Source: Sphingomonas sp. (GTDB lineage Bacteria > Pseudomonadota > Alphaproteobacteria > Sphingomonadales > Sphingomonadaceae). From it: a stretch of 64,000 nt of DNA. The stretch spans positions 8,646-72,645 of the forward strand of contig NZ_CAXVWL010000124.1 in assembly GCF_964263785.1 (NCBI RefSeq). Reading direction: 5' to 3'. Made by a program: the position numbers and the translations under genes. Under the pieces are notes generated by a model, which was not told where the DNA came from, made no database searches, and was given only the letters and a program-made list of their open reading frames with translations. Shown here one piece after another: positions 8,872 through 17,104 of this stretch; position 1 is the first letter of the stretch, and every line of letters starts with the position of its first letter.

Positions 8872-10104
8872 TCATTCGGTCGGCGTTGCCAATAGCTTTG
8901 TCGCTTCGCCAAGCCCTTGTGGTGCGATCTCGTTCAACAACTGTAGAAAATCCATCTCGACCCACTGCCGGACGCGCTGGAACATCAGCGGCACGGGGCT
9001 GGTCGGCTCGCGTTCGACGTAGAAGCGCATGATTGCATCCATCGCCGCCAGCACGTCGGCGCGCGACTGTGGCGTTGTCACGACGAAACCCTTGGCGCGC
9101 ACCGATCTACCGCCCTCGCCGCCCGCCGCGCCTTCGCCGGACTCGTCGTCGCCGTCCGCCGCGTCTTCGTCGGCATCCGCGACCACTTCCTCGATCTTGA
9201 ACAGCGCCAGGAACCTGGTCGAATCGCCGACGATCGTCTTGATGACGTTCAGCACCGGCCCCAGGCTCGCGCTGTCGCCCGCCCGGCGGTCGTAGATCTC
9301 GTTGATCTCGTAGAGGAGATCGGACATCGCCTGGAGCGCGTCGTGCGCCGCTTGAACCTGGTCGCGCAGCCCGAGTGCGAGCGTGTCGAGGGTGGCGGGA
9401 TCCAATCCGGTGTCGTCGTTGCCGACATTGGCCGCGTCATCGGCGGCGCGCGCCGCGGGCGACAACACGCGCATGATGAGGCGCAGCGTCCGCGCGCCTT
9501 CGCGTGTGGGGCGGAACGCGCGTGCCTGCGTCGCGCTCATCTGCCCGGTCTCGACCTGCTTGGCCAGCGCGGTCTCGTCGGCCGAGCTCCATTCTGGGGT
9601 CGGCTCGCACGCCTGGGCGATCATCGATGCGGTGAAGCCCTGCAGCGAGGGCGCGGGCATCTGGGCGATCGACAGCCGCTGGAGCGGCAGCGTCATCGCC
9701 GCCGGCCGCGCCAGCGCCGACAGTTCGTTGATCCGCGCGATCGCCATCTCTTCGGCGGGGCCGGGGTGGAAATCCTCCCAATACTCCTCGGCATAGCCCT
9801 TGATAAGCTGCAATGCCGCGGTCGCCAGCGCAAGATCGCCGATCCGCAACGCCGCCTGCAACGCCACGATCGCGGGCGCCTGATCCTTGGTGCGTTGCAG
9901 GAACGCGTCGCAGCGCGCGACGACCTGCGCGAGCTCGGGTGCCTTCTGGTTGGCGAAATCGCCCGGCGCATCCTCGATGTCGCGGAATTCGGGATCGCCG
10001 CGCAGGTCCGGCCCGCACGGCTGCGCCTCGTCGAAGGGCTGGATCAGGCTGTCGTAGTCGAGCACCCGTGCGCTACCGTCCGCTCGCGCCATTGCGGCGC
10101 CCAT
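8872..10104 (-). CDS. tssA: T6SS protein TssA (ImpA N-terminal domain)
   Basis: 410 aa (alternative ATG at 10092). LIQPFDEAQPCGPDLRGDPEFRDIE is the ImpA_N signature. An acidic linker (DADEDAADGDDESGEG) precedes the C-terminal domain. Confidence 0.8.
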   Translation of the reverse strand: MGAAMARADGSARVLDYDSLIQPFDEAQPCGPDLRGDPEFRDIEDAPGDFANQKAPELAQVVARCDAFLQRTKDQAPAIVALQAALRIGDLALATAALQLIKGYAEEYWEDFHPGPAEEMAIARINELSALARPAAMTLPLQRLSIAQMPAPSLQGFTASMIAQACEPTPEWSSADETALAKQVETGQMSATQARAFRPTREGARTLRLIMRVLSPAARAADDAANVGNDDTGLDPATLDTLALGLRDQVQAAHDALQAMSDLLYEINEIYDRRAGDSASLGPVLNVIKTIVGDSTRFLALFKIEEVVADADEDAADGDDESGEGAAGGEGGRSVRAKGFVVTTPQSRADVLAAMDAIMRFYVEREPTSPVPLMFQRVRQWVEMDFLQLLNEIAPQGLGEATKLLATPTE

Positions 10105-10301
10105 CCGCGTCCGCGCGTCCGTCGTTCGGCGTTAAGGTCAGATAATGACTTGACATCGATCCCCGCCCCGGCGTGATCGCCCGGCATCCCCAACGATACC
10201 GAGGCCACCGCCGCGCTGCCGACCTGCACACCTTGCGGTGAGTCGCCGACCAGCACAGTAGAGACGCGCCTTGGCGTTTCGTCAAGCAGGAGCCTGCAAT
10301 G

Positions 10302-10317
10302 GTGACGTTATCGTCAC
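10302..10317. promoter_or_regulatory. Perfect palindrome GTGACG-TTAT-CGTCAC in the tssA/PLC divergent spacer
   Basis: Read directly from the sequence: 6-bp arms with a 4-bp centre. Confidence 0.3.
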
Positions 10318-10342
10318 ATCTTCGATAAACTGTTGTTTTGTC

Positions 10343-10372
10343 CGCAATACTGTTCTGTTCGGCAGTATTGCG
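10343..10372. promoter_or_regulatory. Perfect 10-bp inverted repeat CGCAATACTG-N10-CAGTATTGCG (candidate operator)
   Basis: Read directly from the sequence. It lies in the least GC-rich part of the spacer. Its right arm overlaps a possible -35 (TTGCGA, 10369-10374), with TAGCAT (10391-10396) as a possible -10. Confidence 0.3.
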
Positions 10373-10565
10373 ACATAAAGACAGAGAGTATAGCATCGCG
10401 CCGGCCGATCGAAACGGGGGATCATGCGAGATCGTGGCGTGGCCGGTCCGTCCTGCTTGATACCGCTGGTCCGGTCGCTTCGAATCGGCACGTTGGAGTT
10501 TTCGTACCGACCGGCGCTCCGCCAAGCTGCGCGCGCCTCCCATCCGCAATCAGGAGCGCTTTATC

Positions 10566-11726
10566 ATGCCCGGACGTACGTATCTGATGCCCTATCGCAA
10601 TCGGCGGCTGAGCGAAGTCGTCATCCCGGGTGCACACGATGCCGGAGTGTATACGCAGAACAGCGCCAACGTGCAGACGCAATCGCTCGACATCGGCGAA
10701 CAGGCGAACGCCGGATGCCGCTTCTTCGACCTGCGGATCGCGGCCTACAAGGCAAATGTGGGCGGCCAGACGGTGTACCAGAACAAGGCCTATCACCTCG
10801 ACGGCAAGCTGGTGGTCAATCACTCGGTCAAGAATCAGGGCAGCATCAAATCCTATCAGAACGTCGGCCATGCCGGCGGCTGGGGCGGCGGGCTCGACGA
10901 GATGCTCGACCAGGCGAAGGCCTTCGTCGAAGCCAACGAAACCGAGTTCCTGATTCTCAAATTCTCCAAATGCAACAATTGGCCAAGTGTCGCCGAGGCC
11001 TGCGTCGCGCGGCTGGGCACCGCGCATTACAAGGATGGCGGCAACCTCAACAACAAGCTCGTTCGCCAGCTCGCCGGCAAGGTCATCACCGTGTTCGACG
11101 AGGAAGCGCGCAAGGAGCTGACCCCGGTCATCACCGCGCAGCGCGGCAGTCCGCACGGCATCCTGTTCGTCAAGGCATTGTTCGACAAGAAGACCGGCCG
11201 GAGCAAGGGCTACGAACCGGGCTATTACGGTCTGCAATATTTCGGCAAGTTCTCCAGCACGGACAAGGTCGACAAGAACACGCGCAAGCAGGCCGAGACT
11301 CTCAACGCCGGCGCGGCCACGCACATGGACGTGCTCGGGATGATGTACTGGACGACGACGGGCCTGCTCGGAAATATCCAGGCGCGCAACGCGTCGATGT
11401 GGACCGAGACCAACATCGCCTCGCTGCAGAAAACCTGGAAATCCGGGCTGGAGGCGTCGATCACGCACCGTTTCGGCAACGAGATCGACAGCGCCATGCG
11501 TCTCGCGCAGACCAGCGGCGGCGCGCTGGGCGGACGGATGAAGGCGTTCATGCCCAACATCGTAATGATGGATTTCGTCGACGACGAGAAGTGCAACGTG
11601 ATCGAGGCGTTGAACACGGTCGCCGCCACGTCGCTGCTGCAATTGATGGTGCCGGCGCCCAAGGGGCCGCAGCCGACGCCCAATTCCATCCAGTCGCACA
11701 ACCGGCTGGGGCAGATGGCGCGGTGA
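10566..11726 (+). CDS. PI-PLC X-domain-like phosphodiesterase (phospholipase C-like), no signal peptide
   Basis: 386 aa with an AGGAG Shine-Dalgarno sequence upstream. VIPGAHDAG (His24-Asp25), CRFFDLRI (Arg57) and AYHLDG (His77) have the order and spacing of the catalytic His/Asp/Arg/His of bacterial PI-PLC. Codon usage is visibly less GC-biased than in the neighbouring genes. Confidence 0.7.
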   Translation: MPGRTYLMPYRNRRLSEVVIPGAHDAGVYTQNSANVQTQSLDIGEQANAGCRFFDLRIAAYKANVGGQTVYQNKAYHLDGKLVVNHSVKNQGSIKSYQNVGHAGGWGGGLDEMLDQAKAFVEANETEFLILKFSKCNNWPSVAEACVARLGTAHYKDGGNLNNKLVRQLAGKVITVFDEEARKELTPVITAQRGSPHGILFVKALFDKKTGRSKGYEPGYYGLQYFGKFSSTDKVDKNTRKQAETLNAGAATHMDVLGMMYWTTTGLLGNIQARNASMWTETNIASLQKTWKSGLEASITHRFGNEIDSAMRLAQTSGGALGGRMKAFMPNIVMMDFVDDEKCNVIEALNTVAATSLLQLMVPAPKGPQPTPNSIQSHNRLGQMAR

Positions 11727-11733
11727 CGTCGAA

Positions 11734-11767
11734 CGAGGCTCCGCGACCGGGTTGGTCGGGAGCCTCG
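11734..11767. terminator. Bidirectional terminator-like hairpin between the convergent PLC-like and RTX genes
   Basis: CGAGGCTCCGCGACC-GGGTT-GGTCGGGAGCCTCG forms a 14-bp stem with one bulge. There is no clear T-tract. Confidence 0.45.
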
Positions 11768-11778
11768 CTCAGGGCTTG

Positions 11779-14496
11779 TCAGAGGATGAAGTCGCCCGCG
11801 CCGAGGTCGACCCGGCCGTTCAGCGTCAGCACGAATTCGGCGGTGTTCGGGTTGCCGTCGGTGTTGCCGAGCACGACAGTATTGCCGCCCTCGTAATACC
11901 AGATCAGGTCGTGGCCGGCGCTGAACCGCGTCGCGTTGACCGGCGCGTCGAAATCGTGCTCGGCCGATCCCACCTTCAGGTGCGACAAATCGATCTTGTC
12001 CGCACCGTGGGTGAAGTCGGTGATCGTATCGCCGGTGTCGCGGGCGTCGACGAAGCGGAACGTGTCGGCTCCCGCGCCACCGGTCAGCCGGTCCGCGCCG
12101 AAGCCGCCGACCAGCACGTCGTTGCCTGCTTCGCCGTACAGCGTGTCCGCCCCCGAACCGCCGAACAGCGTGTCGTTGTCGGTGCCGCCCCACAAGGTGT
12201 CGGTACCCGTTCCGCCGAAGAGCTTGTCGTCGCCCGCGCCGCCGGTCAGGCAGTCGTTCCCTGCCCATCCGTACAGCGTGTCCGCGCCCGCCTTGCCGTC
12301 GAACGTGTCGCCGCCGGTGGTGCCGTAAGCCACGTTGGCATTGCTTAGCGCGCCCGACGACAGCGACGCGAAGGTGACCGCGCCGGCCTTGAACCCGTCG
12401 TTGTCGTTCACGTCGCCGGTGCCGCCGAAGGCATTGGCCAGGGTCGGACATTCGTTCTGCCCGTTGACGGTCACGCTGATCGCGTGAGTGGTGCCGTCCC
12501 CAGCCTTGATCGTGATCGTGTCGAATGCGTGCTGGCCTTCGTTCAGCGTATCGAGCTTGTCGCTGAAATTGTTGAGCAGATACACCCAGCCGCCATCCGA
12601 CGTGAGCAGCACATAGCCATAGGTGCCCTTGTAGATGCCACTCGCAAAATTGTCGCAGCCGCCGGTGTCGGCATCGCGGATGGTCAGCTTGCCCGCGGCC
12701 AGGAAGTCGCAATCCTCGGTCACCGACCCGGTGTCGCAACCGCCGATCACCGCGGCGTCGTTGGTGCCCTTGATCGTCACCGCGATCGACTTGGCCGTAC
12801 CGTCGGCGCTCTTGATCACCACCGTATCGGTGCGCGTCTCGCCGGTTTTCAGGAACTGCACCGCGGCATTGTCGAGCGTGTATTTCCAGGTGCCATCGGC
12901 GGCGATCGCCAGCGCGCCATAGGAGCCCGCAACGGTGCCGCTGCGGAACGAAGCCTCGCCCGCGTCCGCGTCGGCGATCGTCAGCTTGCCGGTCGCGGTC
13001 TGCTGCCCGTCCTCGACGACGGCGCCGATGGCGGTGCCGCCGATCGTCGCCAGGTCGTTGGTACCGGTCACCGCCACGCTCACGACCTTGGACGTGCCGT
13101 CGGCCGACTTCACCGTGATCGCGTCGTTCACCACCTGTCCGCCGGCAAGCGACTGTGCCGCGGCGTTGTTGAGGGTGTATGTCCACGTGCCGTCGGCTGC
13201 GAGCGCCAGCGCGCCGTAGCTGCCCGCGATCGTACCCGCCTGGAACGACGCTTCGCCGACATCGACATCGTCGACCGTCAGCTTGCCGGCCGCGGTCTGT
13301 TGCCCATCCTCGACGACCGCGCCCGTGCTGACGCCGCCGATGATCGCGGCATCGTTCGCGCCGACGACGGTGACCGCGACGGTGCCCGTCGCGGTGCGGC
13401 CGAAGGGGGTTTCGACCGTATAGGTCAGCACCACGACCGCGCTCTGCCCGGCGGGCAGATAGTCGAAGTCGGTGCCTGGATCGAAGCGGATCAGGCCGCC
13501 GTCGACGACCGCGCTGCCCTGCCCTGCGGGGGCCGCAGCCCCGGTCAGCGTCAGGGGCGATGGGCCGGTGTCGTTGGCGAGCACGTCGATCGCGACCTGG
13601 CTGTTCTCCCCCGTCGTCGCGCTGTCGGCACCGGCGACGGGCGGCAGGAACGGCTGAATCTGCACCCACGACGATCCCTGCCCGCTGGCGTCGCCGATGT
13701 TGATCGACTGGACGTGGCCGTCGGGACGCACGATCGTCAGCACCGCATTGTCGCCCTTCAGCGAATGCGCGACGCTGGCCTCGGGATGCTCTTTCAGGAA
13801 CGTGCCGATATCGGCATAGCTGCGCAGCGTCAGGTCGCCGCCGTCGGTGCCGTAGCCGTCGAGGCAGATCTCGTCATGCTCGGCGAAGTTCAGGTCGGCG
13901 ATGAAATCGCTGGCGCTGATCGCGGCGACGTCGCCCACATCGAAGTCGAAACAGTCCGCGCCGCCTTCGCCGAGCAGGTAATCGTCGCCCGCGCCGCCGG
14001 CGAGTACGTCGTTGCCGAGTCCGCCGAGCAGGCCGTCGTTGCCGCCGAGGCCGAAGAGCAGATTGTCGCCGGCATTGCCGTGGATGTCGTTGCCCGACGC
14101 ATTGCCGGTGCCGGTCAGGTTCTGCATACCGGTCAGCGTCAGATTCTCCAGCGTATCGCCCAGTGTGTAGGAGATGCTCGCTTTGACGTGGTCCTCGGTG
14201 CCTTCGCCGTCCAGCTCGAACACCTGGTCACGGATCGAATCGACGACATAGGTGTCGTTGCCGGTGCCGCCGTACATGATGTCGTCGTCGGTGCCGCCGT
14301 CGAGCTGGTCGTTGCCCGCGCCGCCATACAGCGTATCGAACCCCGCGGTGCCGCGGACGTTATCGGCGCCATCGTAGCCGAAGATGATGTCGTCGCCTGC
14401 GCCGCCATAGATATTGTCGGCGCCCGCGGTGCCGAAGATCGTGTCGTTGCCGGCGGTGCCGTTGGTGGTTCCGCTTCCCGTCGCTTGAATCGGCAT
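11779..14496 (-). CDS. Large RTX (GGxGxD nonapeptide) / VCBS-repeat calcium-binding protein with a type-I-secretion-type C-terminus
   Basis: 905 aa from ATG 14496 ([22 protein letters not shown]), with a GGGGGAA Shine-Dalgarno sequence. RTX nonapeptide blocks occur at the N-terminus and near the C-terminus. Three VCBS-type repeats sit in the middle ([20 protein letters not shown]...). The C-terminus reads ...DKIDLSHL...GAGDFIL. Confidence 0.85.
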   Translation of the reverse strand: MPIQATGSGTTNGTAGNDTIFGTAGADNIYGGAGDDIIFGYDGADNVRGTAGFDTLYGGAGNDQLDGGTDDDIMYGGTGNDTYVVDSIRDQVFELDGEGTEDHVKASISYTLGDTLENLTLTGMQNLTGTGNASGNDIHGNAGDNLLFGLGGNDGLLGGLGNDVLAGGAGDDYLLGEGGADCFDFDVGDVAAISASDFIADLNFAEHDEICLDGYGTDGGDLTLRSYADIGTFLKEHPEASVAHSLKGDNAVLTIVRPDGHVQSINIGDASGQGSSWVQIQPFLPPVAGADSATTGENSQVAIDVLANDTGPSPLTLTGAAAPAGQGSAVVDGGLIRFDPGTDFDYLPAGQSAVVVLTYTVETPFGRTATGTVAVTVVGANDAAIIGGVSTGAVVEDGQQTAAGKLTVDDVDVGEASFQAGTIAGSYGALALAADGTWTYTLNNAAAQSLAGGQVVNDAITVKSADGTSKVVSVAVTGTNDLATIGGTAIGAVVEDGQQTATGKLTIADADAGEASFRSGTVAGSYGALAIAADGTWKYTLDNAAVQFLKTGETRTDTVVIKSADGTAKSIAVTIKGTNDAAVIGGCDTGSVTEDCDFLAAGKLTIRDADTGGCDNFASGIYKGTYGYVLLTSDGGWVYLLNNFSDKLDTLNEGQHAFDTITIKAGDGTTHAISVTVNGQNECPTLANAFGGTGDVNDNDGFKAGAVTFASLSSGALSNANVAYGTTGGDTFDGKAGADTLYGWAGNDCLTGGAGDDKLFGGTGTDTLWGGTDNDTLFGGSGADTLYGEAGNDVLVGGFGADRLTGGAGADTFRFVDARDTGDTITDFTHGADKIDLSHLKVGSAEHDFDAPVNATRFSAGHDLIWYYEGGNTVVLGNTDGNPNTAEFVLTLNGRVDLGAGDFIL
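12454..13356 (-). repeat. Three tandem in-frame repeats of about 297 bp (VCBS modules) inside the RTX gene
   Basis: Repeat starts [16 protein letters not shown] and NDAAVIGG fall at residues 441, 540 and 639 of the track ORF. The antisense shadow ORFs 12635..12922 and 12935..13219 mirror the periodicity. Confidence 0.8.
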
Positions 14497-14856
14497 GTGC
14501 TGTTCCCCCGCATGATACGCGCGGCCGGGAGCGGTGCGGCGATCGCCGTTATCGGCGAAGGCGCCGACGAACGATGTGCCGACCGATCCAGGCCCCCCGC
14601 GCAATCGGGTAAAGGAACCATTAAACGATTCGCAACGCAGGTGTAGCAGGCACCGTCCAGCTTTGGCACGACGCAAGTTCCAGCAAATATCGGCGACTGC
14701 ACAGACAACATCGTTAACCCAACAGCAACACGTTGATGTTGCAGAAGTCTTCGGCGCGTCTAACCATCAATCGCCGCGTCGCGGCGGCAGAACCGGAGCT
14801 CAACGGTTTACCCCGAAACGTCGGGCAGATGCTGCGAAAGAACTGCCGCAACATGC

Positions 14857-14941
14857 TGGTGCGGGCGGTCGGGCTCGAACCGACACTCCTTGCGGAACGG
14901 GATTTTGAGTCCCGCGCGTCTACCAATTTCACCACGCCCGC
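14857..14941 (-). tRNA. tRNA-Leu (anticodon CAA), 85 nt with a long variable arm and encoded CCA
   Basis: The reverse complement reads GCGGGCGTGGTGAAATTGGTAGACGCGCGGGACTCAAAATCCCGTTCCGCAAGGAGTGTCGGTTCGAGCCCGACCGCCCGCACCA. It has a 7-bp acceptor stem, the anticodon loop CU-CAA-AA, and a GGTTCGAGCCC T-arm. Confidence 0.93.
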
Positions 14942-14988
14942 ACGTGACGGCCCGGCTTATAGCCGGGCGCGCGCGTCACGCAACCGGG

Positions 14989-15522
14989 TCAGGCGAAGAC
15001 GTCGCCAAGATCGACGGCGCCCGCCGGATCCTTTGGATCGGCGCCGAAGCGGTTGAACCCAGGGGTGCCGTCCAAGCAGAAGAACACGAACAGCACGACC
15101 GCCGCGATCAAACCCGCGAAGCTGAGGACGGCGCCGGCCAGCGTGACCGACGTGCCCGCGCTCGCGACCCCCGCCAGCAGGACCAGCACTCCGGCCAGGT
15201 ACAACCCCACCGGAAGCAGCAACCACCAACCGCTACGGTCGGTGTCGTGCAAGCGGCGCACCTGGACGGCGAGATTGGGGACGAACATCGCCAGCGCAAA
15301 CAAGCCGGTCAAGACTCCACCACTGGTGTGGAACCCGGCACCCACCGTGGCGCCGGCGGGGCGGCCGATCACGGTCCTGCCGCCCAGCCCGAGCACCGAA
15401 TCAAGGAACGACAAGGCCAGCGTCGCAACGATGATGAAAAGCGCCCACATCCAGAACTCCTTGCGGCGCGAGCGCCCCTTGAACTGCGCATATCGCTTCA
15501 GCGGCAGGACCATCCAATGCAT
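14989..15522 (-). CDS. DUF805-family inner membrane protein
   Basis: 177 aa. The start MHWMVLPLKRYAQFKGRSRRKEFWMWALF is the typical DUF805 N-terminal motif, followed by hydrophobic helices. Confidence 0.75.
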   Translation of the reverse strand: MHWMVLPLKRYAQFKGRSRRKEFWMWALFIIVATLALSFLDSVLGLGGRTVIGRPAGATVGAGFHTSGGVLTGLFALAMFVPNLAVQVRRLHDTDRSGWWLLLPVGLYLAGVLVLLAGVASAGTSVTLAGAVLSFAGLIAAVVLFVFFCLDGTPGFNRFGADPKDPAGAVDLGDVFA

Positions 15523-15541
15523 CGTTCTTCCCTTTCATCAT

Positions 15542-17050
15542 TCAGTTGCGCGGCGGTTGGCGCCGGTAGCTCAGCGCCTCGGCGACATGGATTCGCCCGA
15601 CGTTCTCGGCCTCCGCGAGATCCGCGATCGTGCGCGCGACGCGCAGGATGCGGGTGTAGCCGCGTGCGGTCAGCCGCATCGCCTCCGCCGCCTGGGCCAG
15701 CAGCTTGCGCCCCGGCTCGTCGGGCGTCGCGACCGCATCGAGCAACAGTCCGTCGGCCTCCGCGTTGGTTCGCGCCGGGGTGTCGCGATAGCGCCGGGTC
15801 TGGACGCCGCGCGCCGCCGCCACCCGTGCCGCGACGTCGGCGGAACCCTCCACCGGCGGCGGCAGCACCAGATCGGCGGCACTCACCGCCGCCACGTCGA
15901 CGTGGAGGTCGATGCGGTCGAGCAGCGGTCCCGACACCTTGGCCTGGTAATCCGCCGCACACCTTGGCGCCCGCGCGCACGCCAGCGCTGCATCGCCGAG
16001 ATGCCCGCACCGGCACGGGTTCATCGCCGCGATCAACTGCACCCGCGCCGGAAAGGTGACATGCGCGTTGGCACGCGCCACGCTGACGGTGCCGGTCTCC
16101 AGCGGCTGGCGCAGCGAATCGAGCACCGCGCGGTTGAATTCGGGCAATTCGTCGAGGAACAGCACGCCCAGATGCGCCAGGCTGACCTCGCCCGGTTTCA
16201 CCTTCAGCCCACCGCCGGTCAACGCCGCCATCGACGCCGAATGGTGCGGGCTGCGGAACGGCCGCCGCCGCGTCAGCCGTCCGCCGGTCAGCGTGCCCGC
16301 GACCGACTGGACCATCGACACCTCCAGCGCCTCCGACGCATCGAGCGGCGGCAGGATGCCTGGCAGGCACGACGCCATCAGCGACTTGCCCGCACCCGGC
16401 GGCCCGCACATCAGCAAATTGTGCCCGCCCGCCGCCGCGATCTCCAGCGCGCGCTTGGCGGTCTCCTGCCCGCGCACCTGGCGCAGGTCGGGGCCGTGGA
16501 CCACGTCTTCGGTATCCCCCGGCTCAGGCGCGCGGAGCAGGCCGTGGCCCTTGAAATGGTTGATGAGCGCCAGCAGATCGGGCGCCGCGACGACCTCGAT
16601 CGACCCCGCCCACGCCGCCTCGGACCCCTGCGCCGCGGGACAGACCAGCCCCTTGCCCTCGGCGCTTGCGTGCAGCGCCGCGAGCAGCACGCCGGGCGAA
16701 GGCGCGATCCGCGCATCGAGCCCGAGCTCGCCGACAACGACGTAATCGGCCAGCGTTTCGACATCGACCACCCCCATCGCGCCGAGCAGCGCGAGCGCGA
16801 TCGGCAGGTCGAAATGCGATCCCTCCTTGGGCAGATCGGCGGGCGACAGGTTCACCGCGATGCGTTTGGGGGGGAGCGCCAGCCCCATCGCCGCGATCGC
16901 GCCCCTAACCCGCTCGCGACTTTCCCCCACCGCCTTGTCGCCGAGCCCGACGACGTTGAACGCCGGCAGCCCTGGGATCAGCTGCACCTGCACCTCCACG
17001 CCCCGCGCCTCCAGCCCCAGATACGCCACCGTGGACACGATCGCCGCCAT
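15542..17050 (-). CDS. comM: YifB/ComM-family Mg-chelatase-like ATPase
   Basis: 502 aa. The N-terminal Lon-like domain reads VAYLGLEARGVEVQVQLIPGLPAFNVVGL. A Walker A (GPPGAGKS) is present and the C-terminus reads HVAEALSYR. Confidence 0.9.
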   Translation of the reverse strand: MAAIVSTVAYLGLEARGVEVQVQLIPGLPAFNVVGLGDKAVGESRERVRGAIAAMGLALPPKRIAVNLSPADLPKEGSHFDLPIALALLGAMGVVDVETLADYVVVGELGLDARIAPSPGVLLAALHASAEGKGLVCPAAQGSEAAWAGSIEVVAAPDLLALINHFKGHGLLRAPEPGDTEDVVHGPDLRQVRGQETAKRALEIAAAGGHNLLMCGPPGAGKSLMASCLPGILPPLDASEALEVSMVQSVAGTLTGGRLTRRRPFRSPHHSASMAALTGGGLKVKPGEVSLAHLGVLFLDELPEFNRAVLDSLRQPLETGTVSVARANAHVTFPARVQLIAAMNPCRCGHLGDAALACARAPRCAADYQAKVSGPLLDRIDLHVDVAAVSAADLVLPPPVEGSADVAARVAAARGVQTRRYRDTPARTNAEADGLLLDAVATPDEPGRKLLAQAAEAMRLTARGYTRILRVARTIADLAEAENVGRIHVAEALSYRRQPPRN

Positions 17051-17104
17051 GCACTTCCCCCCCGTAACGCCTCGTTCATAGCGGCTTTCGCAACGCTGTG
17101 AACC

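Noticed and set aside
10282-10587. Short ORFs (69 aa on the minus strand, 84 aa on the plus strand) in the tssA/PLC spacer as possible immunity or regulator genes
   Set aside because: They have no Shine-Dalgarno sequence, an implausible composition, and they overlap the palindromes and the start of the PLC gene. I treated the region as non-coding regulatory DNA.
12454-13356. Regular repeats of about 300 bp that could be mistaken for a CRISPR-like or satellite array
   Set aside because: The repeats are long, in frame and protein-coding (VCBS modules), with no short spacers. I saw no CRISPR array anywhere in the window.
11225-14646. 814-aa minus-strand ORF (11225..13669) and 720-aa plus-strand ORF (12484..14646) across the RTX gene
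   Set aside because: These are alternative-frame and antisense readings of the RTX/VCBS gene. Their Arg/Gly-rich translations simply echo the repeat periodicity. Only the 11779..14496 frame gives GGxGxD nonapeptides and VCBS modules.
14664-14680. TGGCAC hexamer resembling a sigma54 -24 element
   Set aside because: The required TTGC -12 element is missing at the correct spacing (the sequence reads TGGCACGACGCAAGT). The site also points towards the tRNA on the opposite strand, so there is no gene for it to drive.
14857-14941. Integrase or att-repeat evidence for a mobile island at tRNA-Leu
   Set aside because: No integrase, transposase or recombinase-like translation appears on either side within the window, and I found no duplicated tRNA 3' segment. 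The island idea is kept only as a low-confidence inference.
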